Assembly (NCBI GenBank): GCA_965197925.1
Contig: CBDAOC010000017.1
Coordinates: 64,001-128,000, forward strand
Origin: Nitrososphaerales archaeon
GTDB taxonomy: Archaea > Thermoproteota > Nitrososphaeria > Nitrososphaerales > UBA213
Direction of reading: 5' to 3'
Length of the DNA stretch: 64,000 nucleotides
Made by a program: the position numbers and the translations under genes. Below are positions 1 to 10,949 of this stretch, piece after piece. The notes beneath the pieces were generated by a model, which saw only the letters and a list, made by a program, of their open reading frames with translations, ran no database searches and was not told the origin of the DNA. How positions within the stretch are numbered: position 1 is the stretch's first letter; each line of letters starts with the position of its first letter.

Positions 1-315
1 AGAGGATATTCTTCCATATTCCACGTCGCTGCCAGTTCTGCAGTCTGCGGTGCGCAGTTGATTTGGAGCCGTACCTTTGTGACATCCCAGTCCACCTGCA
101 TCCTGTTATCCCGACAAACAGGATTCCGTTGACTGTCTTTCTGTCGTCTGCCCTTGGCCTTCCGGTTCTGGCTGGCTTGGGGAGATGCGGTGATATCATC
201 TTCCATTGTTCACCTGTTATCTCCTGAAATTTCATGATCTGCTACGGGCAGCATTGCAAATAGATCCAAATGATCGTCAATTATTCACTAAATGATCAGT
301 TTTGGGATCAGTTGA
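1..315 (-). mobile_element. IS5-family element (type C), left end and orfA 5' part, truncated by window edge
   Basis: Reverse complement matches the IS copy starting at 26308 (TCAACTGATCCCAAAAC...ATGAAATTTCAGGAG, MKFQEITGEQW). Confidence 0.9.
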
Positions 316-640
316 TAGAATAATAATGAAGTATAATCCTTCTTTGAAAAAAAGGGGTAAATTTTTTCTTGAATTAGAATGCGTTGATATCCCTACGTTA
401 TTCTTCTATCTATTAACTAGGAAGATTACGCTTTACGACCTTTAAACACAGTTACCTTATGCCGTCACTAGTAGATTATGAGGCAACTCCTTTTCTTATA
501 TAGAAGGTAAGGTGATTGTCTTGATAGACTTGATGCTTTATATTAGTACTTTCATCTGGAAATGGGGGATCCTCGTTTAGAAAGGAGTTGAAATAAAGCA
601 ATAGGAGATTCTTTGGAATATAGTCAATTCAGACGCATGA

Positions 641-1108
641 ATGAAGTTTCTCGGTTTAACTCTACAATTTTTATTGAATGGTTTTCTTAATCCTTTAATG
701 TCTGTGGATAATAAATATGGTTTGACACATTTGGGTTATGCCAATACTTCTCACCAAGAGTTACCATTCTTAATACACGCAAAGACATACGTGCCATACC
801 TAATTGGGAGGTCTGGTCATACTATCATAGCAGTAGAGCTGAAAAAATTTGGCTGGAAGATAAAACTTTTAAAAAACAAAAACGAGTGTTATTTAATTGC
901 TGGTAAGAATAAACAGAAATGGTTCATACGGATAATTACTACAGATACAAGAATGCTTGAAGCGTTTCGTAACGTAAGATTATACATCAACAAGGAACTT
1001 GAAATAATGGCCGATGAAAATGACGCACTTCCTGTAATAGCAATAGTCACATCTGACAGCGCCGTGTTCTTATCTTCCAAAACACTTGTAGGATTGTCAC
1101 TTGTATAA
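641..1108 (+). CDS. hypothetical protein (true start possibly ATG near 698)
   Basis: 155-aa ORF, no motif recognised with confidence. Confidence 0.55.
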   Translation: MKFLGLTLQFLLNGFLNPLMSVDNKYGLTHLGYANTSHQELPFLIHAKTYVPYLIGRSGHTIIAVELKKFGWKIKLLKNKNECYLIAGKNKQKWFIRIITTDTRMLEAFRNVRLYINKELEIMADENDALPVIAIVTSDSAVFLSSKTLVGLSLV

Positions 1109-1149
1109 GAATGTGTCAGGAAAAGTGAATATGCTAGTGTTTATTATTA

Positions 1150-2226
1150 TTGATTGTGGACGATAGACTAGAGAGGGTAATCAATGATAAGATAGATGAT
1201 GCTATTCACAAATTGGATGAAATTGTTAAGATAACTGAGATATTGAAAGATATTGTAGATGATGAGGAACGGATATCCTTCGGCATAGCATTGGGGAGAA
1301 TCTATAATGCATTTCATTACCAAACCAGACGCGTCTTGAAACGAAATGCAACCGATGAAGAATTCACTGAATTTGTAGAGATCTTGTCTAAAAGGACAAC
1401 AGAAATCAAGATAGCGTTACGGGAACTAACCGATAGGAAAATCGAAATGCAGAAAAATCTTTCAGAAAAAATGAAAGTCTCAGGAATACTAGATGTCATT
1501 ACCAAAGAAATCTCATCAAAGAGAATAGTTGATACTCAAACGTATATTTCAGAAACAAGGGCAAGGGTGTGGAAGGCATTGAAGAGAGGTTTGCAGTTCG
1601 AAGCTTCTCTGGAAAGGTCCGAACTATTTTTGCAAAAACATGTCAATACAAGAAGGAGGTTTGTTGTACTAATAGCGGATTTGGTGGGTTCCACAAGAAT
1701 GACCAATACCCTACCCATAGAAAGACTTGCCACCATAATACAGACATTCAGTCAGGAAATGTTCTTCACAGTTTCAAACTTTGAGGGACGTGTGCTAAAG
1801 TATGTAGGTGATGCAGTAATTGCCTATTTCCCGGCTGACACAAACTTCTATATGGCAGTGGATAGAGCATTTAGTTGCGCCCGTTCCATGATTACAATTT
1901 TAGAGCAAGGCATAAACGTAGTTTTAAACCAATACGACTATCCAGAATTGAAGGTCAAAATAGGGATAGATTCTGGAATACATTCAGTAATACGATATGG
2001 TCTGGGAGAAAAATCACATGTAGATATTTTGGGCTATCCAATAAGTATGGCATCAAAGATAAACTCCATTGCACGAGCAAATCAAATAGTAATTAGTGAA
2101 AGCGTATACAAGAGTATTCATCCCTCCTCCAGGAATAGGTTTTCTGAAACACAATTGGATTCAAATTGGAATTATATAGATGAGAATACCGGTGAAATAT
2201 ATCGTCTATATACTTATGAAGGATAG
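1150..2226 (+). CDS. class III adenylate/guanylate cyclase with N-terminal helical domain
   Basis: VVLIADLVGST, KYVGDAVIAYF, KIGIDSG and DILGYPISMASKI motifs of class III nucleotide cyclases. Confidence 0.9.
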   Translation: MIVDDRLERVINDKIDDAIHKLDEIVKITEILKDIVDDEERISFGIALGRIYNAFHYQTRRVLKRNATDEEFTEFVEILSKRTTEIKIALRELTDRKIEMQKNLSEKMKVSGILDVITKEISSKRIVDTQTYISETRARVWKALKRGLQFEASLERSELFLQKHVNTRRRFVVLIADLVGSTRMTNTLPIERLATIIQTFSQEMFFTVSNFEGRVLKYVGDAVIAYFPADTNFYMAVDRAFSCARSMITILEQGINVVLNQYDYPELKVKIGIDSGIHSVIRYGLGEKSHVDILGYPISMASKINSIARANQIVISESVYKSIHPSSRNRFSETQLDSNWNYIDENTGEIYRLYTYEG

Positions 2227-2259
2227 AGATATAAACAGACCTCTCCAAACTTACTAAAA

Positions 2260-3099
2260 ATGGTCAACCTTCTAAACATATTTTCTATACTAGCAATATC
2301 AATTCTTGTTTTTAGCCCCATTCTGCAAGCATACAGTCAGCTTGAATTACTTAAAATAAACGAGATAGAAATTAATCCACAAGGTCCAATTGAAGACAAT
2401 CAGTGGGTGGAGCTCTTCAATCCTGGTTCTGTATTACTGGATCTTACTGGTTTTTTGATGAAGAGTTCAAGAATGGGAAGAACAAATCTAATTCCAACTG
2501 GATTGGTGATAGAACCCAATGGATATCTCGTGATATCGTTTAGTGGTAGAGTGTTTGATGAAACAGGTGATTCGATTGTTCTGTTAACTCCAGATTCGGT
2601 TCAGATTGATAGAACAGATATCTTTTCTGACAAAGAAGATGATGACAAATCTTGGCAGAGGTTTCCTAATGGTAAAGATACGGATGATAAACGTGATTGG
2701 CAATTAAGAAACTCAACGTTTGGAATATCAAATGGATTTCCTGTAGCAAGACAGAACTTCACTTTATCGGATCCAGTATTCATAGATATGGAGGGGATTA
2801 GGGCTAATTCCTTTTTGGCAGGTCAAATGGTTGGAATAAGGTCTGATATTGTGAGTAAGATGGATGAGGAACGTGTTTTTGCGTTTATAATACAGGTCAA
2901 AGACGAAGAAGGATTTCCATTACTAATCACTTGGATCGAAGATATAGTAATACTGCCTAACAGAACTATCAAACCTTCGTTATTCTTTCTTGCAGAGGCC
3001 AGAGGTGAATATACTGTTGAAGTTTTTGTATGGGCAAGTATTTCTCTGCCTAATCCCCTGGCTCCTCCAAAATATGGTTTGATTAGGGTAGCAGGTTAA
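2260..3099 (+). CDS. secreted lamin-tail-domain protein
   Basis: Signal peptide, then INEIEINP...QWVELFNP and SWQRFPNGKDTD lamin-tail-like motifs; Ig-like C-terminal region. Confidence 0.75.
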   Translation: MVNLLNIFSILAISILVFSPILQAYSQLELLKINEIEINPQGPIEDNQWVELFNPGSVLLDLTGFLMKSSRMGRTNLIPTGLVIEPNGYLVISFSGRVFDETGDSIVLLTPDSVQIDRTDIFSDKEDDDKSWQRFPNGKDTDDKRDWQLRNSTFGISNGFPVARQNFTLSDPVFIDMEGIRANSFLAGQMVGIRSDIVSKMDEERVFAFIIQVKDEEGFPLLITWIEDIVILPNRTIKPSLFFLAEARGEYTVEVFVWASISLPNPLAPPKYGLIRVAG

Positions 3100-3153
3100 C
3101 CTATAGTATAATTTATTTAACTGTTTTTGGATCAGAGTTGGAGTTGGGCATAA

Positions 3154-5256
3154 ATGAGCTATGACATCTTTCTTGCTCCTAAATCCATCGCCGTTATAGG
3201 TGCTTCAGAAAGGCCTGGAACTGTTGGTAAGGCCATAATCTCAAATATCTTAAGTGGGTATAAGGGTACTATTTATCCAATAACACCATCTCATGATTCC
3301 GTTTTTGGCAAAAAGGCTTACAAGAACGTTATGGAAGTTCCAACAAGTATAGACCTTGCCGTAATAGTAACTCCGAGCAAGGTTGTGCCTGCGGTAATGG
3401 AAGAATGTGGAAGGAAAGGCATCAAAGGTGCGATCATAATTACAGCAGGTTTCAAAGAAGTTGGTGGAGAGGGAGAAGTACTGCAGAAACAAATTGCAGA
3501 GATCAGTAAAAAATATGGAATAAGGATCATAGGTCCCAACTGTTTGGGCGTAATGAACCTTTCCCCACATACTATGATGAATTCCACATTTCTGAAGATT
3601 ACCCCAAAGACAGGCAATATAGCGTTAATATCGCAGAGCGGTGCAATATGCGCTGCACTGGTTGAAGACGCAATTGCCCAAGATATAGGATTCTCTGCTG
3701 TTATAAGCATTGGAAACAAAGTGGATATGAACGAAACTGATCTGCTTGCAATGCTTGAAAATGATGACCAGACAAAAGTTATCGTTATGTATTTAGAAGA
3801 TATAAGCAATGGTAGAAAGTTCATTGAAGTATGCAGGAGAATTAGCAAAAAATCTCAGTATAAGAAACCAATCTTGGTATTAAAAGCAGGTCGCACTCCG
3901 GAAGGTGCAAGGGCAGCAATGTCACATACAGGTGCATTGATGGGTGCTGACGAAGTTTATGATGCAATGTTTAAGCAGGCTGGTGTTATTCGTGTAGATG
4001 GAATGCAGGAGCTCTTTGATTATGCTACTGCACTTGCAAAGCAACCACTTCCCGGAGAAGAAGTAGTAATTGTAACAAATGCTGGTGGACCTGGAATAAT
4101 CTCTACAGACGCAATATCCAATTATGGACTGAAGATGGCCGATATAGAAAGCTTAAGACCAAAGATCAATGAGATGATACCCTCGTATGGCTCATCACGC
4201 AACCCTGTAGATATTGTTGGAGACGCTGATTATGGCAGGTTTGAAAACGTATTGTCTGTAGTTCTTGATCATCCAAATTGTGGCGCTGTAGTAGTAATGT
4301 GTACTCCATCTGCAACGCTGGATTACGATGGATTAGCCCGTGTTGTTGTAAAGATGTCAAAGAGTAAGGGAAAAACTATGCTCGCGAGTCTTATGGGTCT
4401 TGCAGAGGGAACCGAAAACAAAAGAATTCTGTCTGAAGGCGGAGTTCCACATTATATGTATGCAGAGCTTGCAATGAGGGCTCTCAAATCTATGTATGAT
4501 TATAAATCTTGGCTGAGAGTGCTGGAAAACGAAGTGAAGACATTCAAGGTAGAAACGGAAACAGTTAGAGGGGTATTCAATAATGTCAAGAAACAGAATA
4601 GAAATTACTTAATTGAAGAGGAGGGGTATGAGGTATTAAAGGCCTACGGTTTTCCAGTACCAAAGAGTATTCTAGCAAAGGATGAAAATGAGTGTGTAAA
4701 AGCAGCTCAAGAGATAGGCTGGCCAGTTGTGATTAAGATTGCTTCACCCGATGTTATACATAAATCAGATGCTGGGGGTGTCAAAATAAATTTAGCAAGT
4801 GAGCAGGAAGTCAGAGCTGCATACAGAAGCATAATATCAAGTGTTAAGAATTACAAATCAGATGCAGAGATTCTTGGGGTACTCGTGCTGGAACTTGTGA
4901 AAGGAGGTAAGGAGACTATTATTGGAACAAAGAGGGATCCTAAATTTGGGCCATTGTTGATTTTTGGTATGGGAGGGATATATGTCGAAGTTCTCAAAGA
5001 TGTCATATTTAGACTTGTACCTATAAATGAATATGAAGCAAGGGAGATGATAGGTTCGATAAAGTCTAAGGAGTTGTTGAAAGGAGTAAGGGGAGAAAAG
5101 CCTTCTGATGTGGATGCGCTAGTAGATTGCATTTTGAGACTCTCTCAACTTGTTGTTGATTTTCCTGAAATAGCTGAATTCGATATGAATCCTTTGCTTG
5201 TATTAGAAGAGGGAAAAGGATGCAGGACTCTTGATGTTCGAATTAGCCTTACCTAG
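3154..5256 (+). CDS. ADP-forming acyl-CoA synthetase, probably 4-hydroxybutyrate--CoA ligase of the HP/HB cycle
   Basis: CoA-binding PKSIAVIGAS, GPNCLG, SQSGA, phospho-His SHTGAL, ATP-grasp HKSDAGGV; directly upstream of the 4-HB-CoA dehydratase as in other thaumarchaea. Confidence 0.88.
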   Translation: MSYDIFLAPKSIAVIGASERPGTVGKAIISNILSGYKGTIYPITPSHDSVFGKKAYKNVMEVPTSIDLAVIVTPSKVVPAVMEECGRKGIKGAIIITAGFKEVGGEGEVLQKQIAEISKKYGIRIIGPNCLGVMNLSPHTMMNSTFLKITPKTGNIALISQSGAICAALVEDAIAQDIGFSAVISIGNKVDMNETDLLAMLENDDQTKVIVMYLEDISNGRKFIEVCRRISKKSQYKKPILVLKAGRTPEGARAAMSHTGALMGADEVYDAMFKQAGVIRVDGMQELFDYATALAKQPLPGEEVVIVTNAGGPGIISTDAISNYGLKMADIESLRPKINEMIPSYGSSRNPVDIVGDADYGRFENVLSVVLDHPNCGAVVVMCTPSATLDYDGLARVVVKMSKSKGKTMLASLMGLAEGTENKRILSEGGVPHYMYAELAMRALKSMYDYKSWLRVLENEVKTFKVETETVRGVFNNVKKQNRNYLIEEEGYEVLKAYGFPVPKSILAKDENECVKAAQEIGWPVVIKIASPDVIHKSDAGGVKINLASEQEVRAAYRSIISSVKNYKSDAEILGVLVLELVKGGKETIIGTKRDPKFGPLLIFGMGGIYVEVLKDVIFRLVPINEYEAREMIGSIKSKELLKGVRGEKPSDVDALVDCILRLSQLVVDFPEIAEFDMNPLLVLEEGKGCRTLDVRISLT

Positions 5257-5494
5257 CAATCCTAACTGAATAAAAATTGATATTAACTAATTTTCTTTCA
5301 GATTCAAGGACGCAAACCTAGGGATAATATTGTAACTTGGTATTAACACTCTATTGAAAATCTATGATTTAAATAATAAATCAGTACTGATACCTCAATT
5401 TTGTGTACATTTAGTAATGGTAAATAGAGTATAATAAAAGGTAAATAGAACTACATAAAGCATTTATATATATTAGCCAAGAAATTATATTAAT

Positions 5495-7048
5495 ATGCCA
5501 ATACAAACTGGCGCAGAATATATAGAAAGCTTACGCGGGCGTAATCTAAAGGTCTATCTTTTTGGAGAATTGGTTAAAGAACCAGTAGATCATCCTATGA
5601 TCCGCCCTTCAATAAATGCTATTGCAGCCACCTATGATCTTGCAGTTGAAAACCCAGAGCTTGCTACAGCTTATTCATCAATTTCAGGCAAGAATGTAAA
5701 CAGGTTTCTACAGATAACGGAAAGCGTAGATGATGTGGTGTTGCAGAACAAGATGCAGCGAAAGTTAGGCCAGCTGACGGGTACTTGTTTCCAACGCTGC
5801 GTTGGTATGGATGCAATTAATTCATTGTTTTCAGTGACATATGAAATAGATGAAAAACATAATACGAAATATCTTCAACGATTAAAAGATTTTATCAAAG
5901 ATGTTCAAGAAGAGAACTTTGTTATAGGTGGTGCAATGACTGACCCAAAGGGGGATAGGAGCAGGGGACCTTCAGAACAGGAAGACCCTGATATGTTTGT
6001 ACATATTGTAGAAAGGAGGAAGGATGGGATTGTAATCAGGGGTGCAAAGGCACACCAGACCGGTTGCATAAACTCTCACTGGATAATAGCTATGCCTACT
6101 TTAAGGTTGGGACCAAACGATAAAGATTATGCTGTTGTGTGTGCCATACCTGTGGCTCATCCTAGTCTTACTTACATTTATGGTCGTCAATCCTGTGACA
6201 CTAGAAGTATGGAGGGTGGTGAGATTGATCAGGGCAATATGATGTATTCTGGACAGGAAGCAATGATCATAATTAACGATGTTTTCGTACCCTGGAAACA
6301 TGTCTTTATGAATGGAGAAACAGAGTTCGCAGCAATGCTTGTCGAGAGGTTTACCACTTATCATCGGAGAAGCTACGTATGTAAAACTGGTGTGGGTGAT
6401 GTAATAATAGGTGCAGCTGCCACAATAGCTGATTACAACGGAGTATCGAGTGCTTCTCATATAAGAGAAAAACTCGTCGAGATGACCCACATGAACGAAA
6501 CTATATTTGGTGCAGGTATAGCTTCTTCATACGAATCATATAAAATGAAAGCTGGTAACTACCAGAATGATGATATGCTATCAAATGTGTGTAAACACAA
6601 TGTAACTAGATATCCATATGAAATAGCTAGGTTGGCACAAGACTTGGCAGGAGGTGCGGTGGTAACACTCCCATCTGAAAAAGAGTTTAACAGCCCCGAA
6701 ACTGGTCCTTTGCTCAAGAAGTATCTTAGAGGACGTAAGGGAGTCTCAACGGAAAACAGAATTCGTATACTGCGACTGATTGAAAATATGACATTAGGTC
6801 GCAATGCTGTGGGTTATTTAACGGAATCTATGCACGGAGCGGGATCACCACAAGCACAAAGAATACAAATAGCCCGTCAAATGGAGCTCGGATATAAGAA
6901 AAAACTTGCGAAGCATTTAGCTGGAGTGAAAGAGGACGAAGGTGGTGACGAACTTTCATCAACGGAGAAGGAGTACTTTGATAGAATATTCACGCTTGAC
7001 AAACATGAGACGGTCTCAAGAGCATCAGCAAAAAAAAGTGAAGAATAA
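5495..7048 (+). CDS. abfD: 4-hydroxybutyryl-CoA dehydratase
   Basis: TGTCFQRCVGMD and YHRRSYVCK Fe-S ligand motifs, GAMTDPKGDRS, ESMHGAGSPQAQ. Confidence 0.95.
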   Translation: MPIQTGAEYIESLRGRNLKVYLFGELVKEPVDHPMIRPSINAIAATYDLAVENPELATAYSSISGKNVNRFLQITESVDDVVLQNKMQRKLGQLTGTCFQRCVGMDAINSLFSVTYEIDEKHNTKYLQRLKDFIKDVQEENFVIGGAMTDPKGDRSRGPSEQEDPDMFVHIVERRKDGIVIRGAKAHQTGCINSHWIIAMPTLRLGPNDKDYAVVCAIPVAHPSLTYIYGRQSCDTRSMEGGEIDQGNMMYSGQEAMIIINDVFVPWKHVFMNGETEFAAMLVERFTTYHRRSYVCKTGVGDVIIGAAATIADYNGVSSASHIREKLVEMTHMNETIFGAGIASSYESYKMKAGNYQNDDMLSNVCKHNVTRYPYEIARLAQDLAGGAVVTLPSEKEFNSPETGPLLKKYLRGRKGVSTENRIRILRLIENMTLGRNAVGYLTESMHGAGSPQAQRIQIARQMELGYKKKLAKHLAGVKEDEGGDELSSTEKEYFDRIFTLDKHETVSRASAKKSEE

Positions 7049-7050
7049 AA

Positions 7051-7728
7051 CTAGGAAAGTCTAACACCACATTGTTCACAGAATTTCGAATCATCCTTAT
7101 TATAAAATGAACATTTCTTACACTTATTTTGAAAACCGTTATCGAACACCTCTTCTTTTTCTGCCTTGATCAAAACAATATCACCTACTTTTATGACCAC
7201 ATCCCAGGATATTTCTTTCTCTAATTGTTCTGTTGTAGAAATCACTATCACGATCTTTGATTTGTTACTGCTAAGACCTACATCCTTTACAGTCCCTATA
7301 AGAATGGCGTTATTATCATAAACATTGATGCCTTTAATCTTCCTTAAAGCTACAAAACCTTCTTGCTCGTACAATGATTGAGAGGAAGCCAAACCAGAGC
7401 TCTTGTCAGCTTGGTCTGCAAATGTTTTGTATTTTGCAATAACTATTCCACATTGTCTACAAATGTATTCACCTTGTTCAGACAAAAAAGAGCCTTTAGC
7501 AACCTCTTGGTTCATTTTCTCATACTTTATTTCGGGTGCACCATCAAATTTCTTGTTACAATTCTTGCAAAAATGGTGCAGGATTCTTTTCTCTTCAATT
7601 CTCCCTGCAGCACCTAGGAACAGGTCAACCCCAGCAACTCTTCCCTTCTTGATCTCCTGCGGTGTAAGGTTGGCAATTATATATCCCCCTGAACCCTTCA
7701 GAGTATTCTTCTCCAGTTGATCACTCAT
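7051..7728 (-). CDS. zinc-ribbon / PRC-barrel domain protein
   Basis: CxxC pairs at both ends; VYDNNAILIGTVKDV...ISWDVVIKVGDIVLI PRC-barrel pattern. Confidence 0.75.
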   Translation of the reverse strand: MSDQLEKNTLKGSGGYIIANLTPQEIKKGRVAGVDLFLGAAGRIEEKRILHHFCKNCNKKFDGAPEIKYEKMNQEVAKGSFLSEQGEYICRQCGIVIAKYKTFADQADKSSGLASSQSLYEQEGFVALRKIKGINVYDNNAILIGTVKDVGLSSNKSKIVIVISTTEQLEKEISWDVVIKVGDIVLIKAEKEEVFDNGFQNKCKKCSFYNKDDSKFCEQCGVRLS

Positions 7729-7813
7729 ACCATTGTATAGGTAAAGTAATTTAAAAATTGATCAAGAATATGAAGATATATAAATTACATCCACATCGTA
7801 TATTTCGATAATA

Positions 7814-8146
7814 ATGGGTAAAGTAGAAGATACATCTTCAAAGGCTTGGGGCAAGGATGTAATCCAATCGCAGACACCAGTCTTAGTCGATTTCTGGGCT
7901 GAATGGTGTGGTCCATGCAAGATGGTTTCACCAACAGTTGAAGATTTAGCTCAAGAATACATTGACAAGGTGAAGTTTCTCAAGCTCAATGTAGACCAAA
8001 ACAAGGAAATAGCTGCGAAATACGAAATATTTAGCATTCCAACTTTAATGATGTTTAAGGGGGACAAAGTAATTGGACAACACATAGGCGCAGCATCGAA
8101 GGATGTCTTGAAAAGGTTTCTCGAACAATCACTGCAGAACGCTTAG
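7814..8146 (+). CDS. trxA: thioredoxin
   Basis: VDFWAEWCGPCK, SIPTL. Confidence 0.97.
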   Translation: MGKVEDTSSKAWGKDVIQSQTPVLVDFWAEWCGPCKMVSPTVEDLAQEYIDKVKFLKLNVDQNKEIAAKYEIFSIPTLMMFKGDKVIGQHIGAASKDVLKRFLEQSLQNA

Positions 8147-8763
8147 GTAATATCTTAGTAAATTATTTGTGGATTTTTTTGATAAACAAAACATCACATT
8201 AAGAAACTTTGAACACTTTTGAGATGTAGAAAGCGAACTATGATAAATAATAAGTTCAGTATGCATATAAAGAGCCAGATGAGGAATATATTGAGTTCAA
8301 GAATTTGCAAAACCAAGTTTGTATTAAGATATTGAAGTTCTTCTTCTTGATATTGGGGTAGGATAATATCAACTTAAAGGACCGTTATGCGACTTTGGTT
8401 TAAAGCTTTAGTAATACCAATTAATTGGTTTACCATAATTTCAATTTGTTGTTTCTAACCAGAACTCTTAGAGATTCAAGTGAATACTCTTACTTTGTCA
8501 TATTGTAAGTGTTATATTATAACAACAATTTTTGCATTGTTCTAAATGCAAGGATTGATCATTAATATAAGGATGTAATTTGAGCCCATTGAAACATGAC
8601 TGTATAAGCAATAGTCAAAACCAAAGAATCCCAAGATAGGATTTCTGTAAATCAATCTAGGATTTCTATTCATGAGTATCAATATATGATCCTATACTTG
8701 GATAAAAAGCCCTAAAAACATCTATTCAAGTTTTAAATAGGTTATACAACGAGATTAATTTGG

Positions 8764-9201
8764 ATGGGAGATCTAGGTTATGGCACTAGGGAGCCTTTTG
8801 TAGATAAATTAAAACAGTTAGCTGACGATATACAGTCACTTTATGAGGAATTTTTAGATGTAGAAACACTATATCAACAAGGCAAGATTTCTGACAACGA
8901 CTTCTTCAAGAAGATGGGAAGTTTTTTGAAAGCATTTTCTTCACTGGGGTTTCTAACTGTAAAAGTAGTTGTTGAAATTAACAAGACTATAGGTAAAGAT
9001 GATAATCTTCAAAAACCTAAAGGGGTTACTAGACCTTCGGCAACATATCGACCAGAAATGATGAGTGGTAAATCAACGGCAGTTTATTCCCCCACTTATG
9101 TTCCAGCTGAGGAACAGACTACGCATAAGGTGTGTTCCCAATGTAGTGCTAATATTCCCGTACAGGCCAAGTTTTGCACAAAGTGTGGTACTCCTCAATA
9201 G
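8764..9201 (+). CDS. zinc-ribbon domain protein
   Basis: C-terminal CSQC...AKFCTKCGT. Confidence 0.75.
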   Translation: MGDLGYGTREPFVDKLKQLADDIQSLYEEFLDVETLYQQGKISDNDFFKKMGSFLKAFSSLGFLTVKVVVEINKTIGKDDNLQKPKGVTRPSATYRPEMMSGKSTAVYSPTYVPAEEQTTHKVCSQCSANIPVQAKFCTKCGTPQ

Positions 9202-9244
9202 CGTAATGAAAAGAGATATTAGATCTTTATTGTAAGATATTCAT

Positions 9245-9670
9245 ATGAAAGTCTTTAATGGAAAAATGGCTGCAGAACAGTATATGTCAAGTCATACATT
9301 AACATACTCTACACCAGATATGATGCTGAAGAAGTTTGCGTACTGGCTAGGAGATTTGGTAGATGTAGATTGTAATCTAGAAGAAGATAAATGTTCTAAT
9401 GAAGATGGATTACATCCAAAGCATAGGGTTCCAAGGTCAATGCTATTTATAGAATTCAAGGACATTCCTTACACACCCAATTCTGAAGAAGTTGATGAAA
9501 CTGCTTTCAAACCTTCTGGTGCTATTTCAACATTCTCTTACGTTAAGAAACTCCATCCTGAAAATGAGGAGCGTGCGACAGAATCGGAAACAAGGTTTTG
9601 TATGGAATGTGGCGGAGGAATTCAAGAGTTAACAAAGTTTTGCCCATGTTGTGGGACAGAACAAAAATAA
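9245..9670 (+). CDS. zinc-ribbon domain protein
   Basis: C-terminal CMECG...KFCPCCGT. Confidence 0.75.
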   Translation: MKVFNGKMAAEQYMSSHTLTYSTPDMMLKKFAYWLGDLVDVDCNLEEDKCSNEDGLHPKHRVPRSMLFIEFKDIPYTPNSEEVDETAFKPSGAISTFSYVKKLHPENEERATESETRFCMECGGGIQELTKFCPCCGTEQK

Positions 9671-9804
9671 CTGCCGTGTTTAGCAACCCAGGAATTTGAC
9701 TTACCTACAGATTATGAGGTATAAGATCCTGAAAGCAATATGGTCACAAGCAATATTCCAAGTATTGTGTTGTGTCTCTTCATCGTTTCACCTAATGATA
9801 TTGC

Positions 9805-10101
9805 TCATAGGGGACGTGTCGTTGCTTTCATGCATTTCCAAAGTATCAATGCATAAAATGCAATTAATGGCATTGCCATCAAGATGCTATAAACATAATC
9901 ACGTGTCTGCAAAACACTTGCTGGTAAACCAATCCATAGATTTACGTCGTAAGCTAATGTATACAATATTGGCATAAAGATGAACATTCCAAGACCTAAC
10001 GCAAACATTGAAATGATAAAACGCATTATCAAGTTAACTGTTATTGTAGTTGAGTGACAATGTGATGATGTATTAAAGAAATAATCAAGAGTCTTTTTCA
10101 C
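9805..10101 (-). CDS. small two-TM membrane protein (start probably the internal ATG, MRFIIS)
   Basis: Two hydrophobic segments; followed by a short signal-peptide-like ORF relic (MKRHNTILGILLVTILLS). Confidence 0.45.
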   Translation of the reverse strand: MKKTLDYFFNTSSHCHSTTITVNLIMRFIISMFALGLGMFIFMPILYTLAYDVNLWIGLPASVLQTRDYVYSILMAMPLIAFYALILWKCMKATTRPL

Positions 10102-10176
10102 GCGTATTTTATTTATCTATCCACCTGGCAAATTAGATAAAAATAATAACGTGGAATGTTATAGCAAAATTGTTCA

Positions 10177-10839
10177 ATGTCAGCGATTATTAAAAAATTG
10201 GCATCTCTTCGCCTTGCAAAATATGGCAAAATTTGGAATAATCGTAATATTGGATGGTGGGCCGAAATTTATCACAATAGACCATTCCTACATGAAAACT
10301 TTGGTAATTATATGAACGGAATACGTGAGCCAATCAACTCAGTTTTAGAGATTGGTTGCGGTGCTGGTATGTACCCCATCGAAAATATTCAATTGTTTTC
10401 AGGACTTGACTATACTGCCATTGATATATCCCAGACAGCTATTGATTATTGTAAAATTAATTCCAATTTCAAATTTATTTGAGATGATTTTTTTAAACAT
10501 GAATTTGATACAACATATGATTTAGTGTTTTCACATGCTGTTATTGACCATGTTTCTGATATTGATAACTTTCTTACCAAGGCCATTAATTTATCCAATC
10601 GGTATGTCTACATCTCTGCTTACCGTGGATTCTTCCCAGGTATAGAACACCATATGATGAATTATGATAATAAGGATGGATGTTATTACAATGATGTGTC
10701 AGTCAAGCAGGTTGAAAGGTTGATGGAAAAACTAGGCAAAAGTGACGAAGAATATCTAATCAGGGCACGTCAAGTGGTAATAAGAAAACACCTGATAGGA
10801 TGGATACTATTATTAGGATGGATACTATTAAGTGACTAA
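10177..10839 (+). pseudogene. class I SAM-dependent methyltransferase, interrupted by in-frame TGA at 10480-10482
   Basis: VLEIGCGAG motif I; both ORFs are in the same frame and read FKFI*DDFFKHEFDTTYDLVFSHAVIDH. Confidence 0.85.
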
Positions 10840-10842
10840 ACA

Positions 10843-10945
10843 GGGCTCGGTAGAAACTATAGCATAAATACAGTCAATCTATGCATGTTGTAGGCTATCA
10901 CCCTGAACATCAGTTCCCTATTCTGCATTTTCACCAGTCTCTTTT
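10843..10945 (-). mobile_element. IS5-like element right-end fragment (type D)
   Basis: Terminal GGGCTCGGTAGAAAC, related to GGGCCCTGTAGAAAC at 49095; transposase C-terminus RLVKMQNRELMFRVIAYNMHRL. Confidence 0.7.
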
Positions 10946-10949
10946 CATT

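Noticed and set aside
7378..7720. Plus-strand ORFs overlapping 7051-7728, and the many similar antisense ORFs in the track
   Set aside because: Shadow frames of well-supported genes on the opposite strand, with no motifs.
8147..8763. Long intergenic region as an ncRNA or origin
   Set aside because: AT-rich, with no stable hairpins, repeats or ORB-like boxes that I could identify.
10480..10482. In-frame TGA in the methyltransferase (and at 42960-42962 in the SPL-like gene) as selenocysteine or readthrough
   Set aside because: Both lie in decaying regions, the SPL-like gene also has frameshifts, no SECIS-like hairpin was seen, and TGA is used as a normal stop elsewhere in the window.
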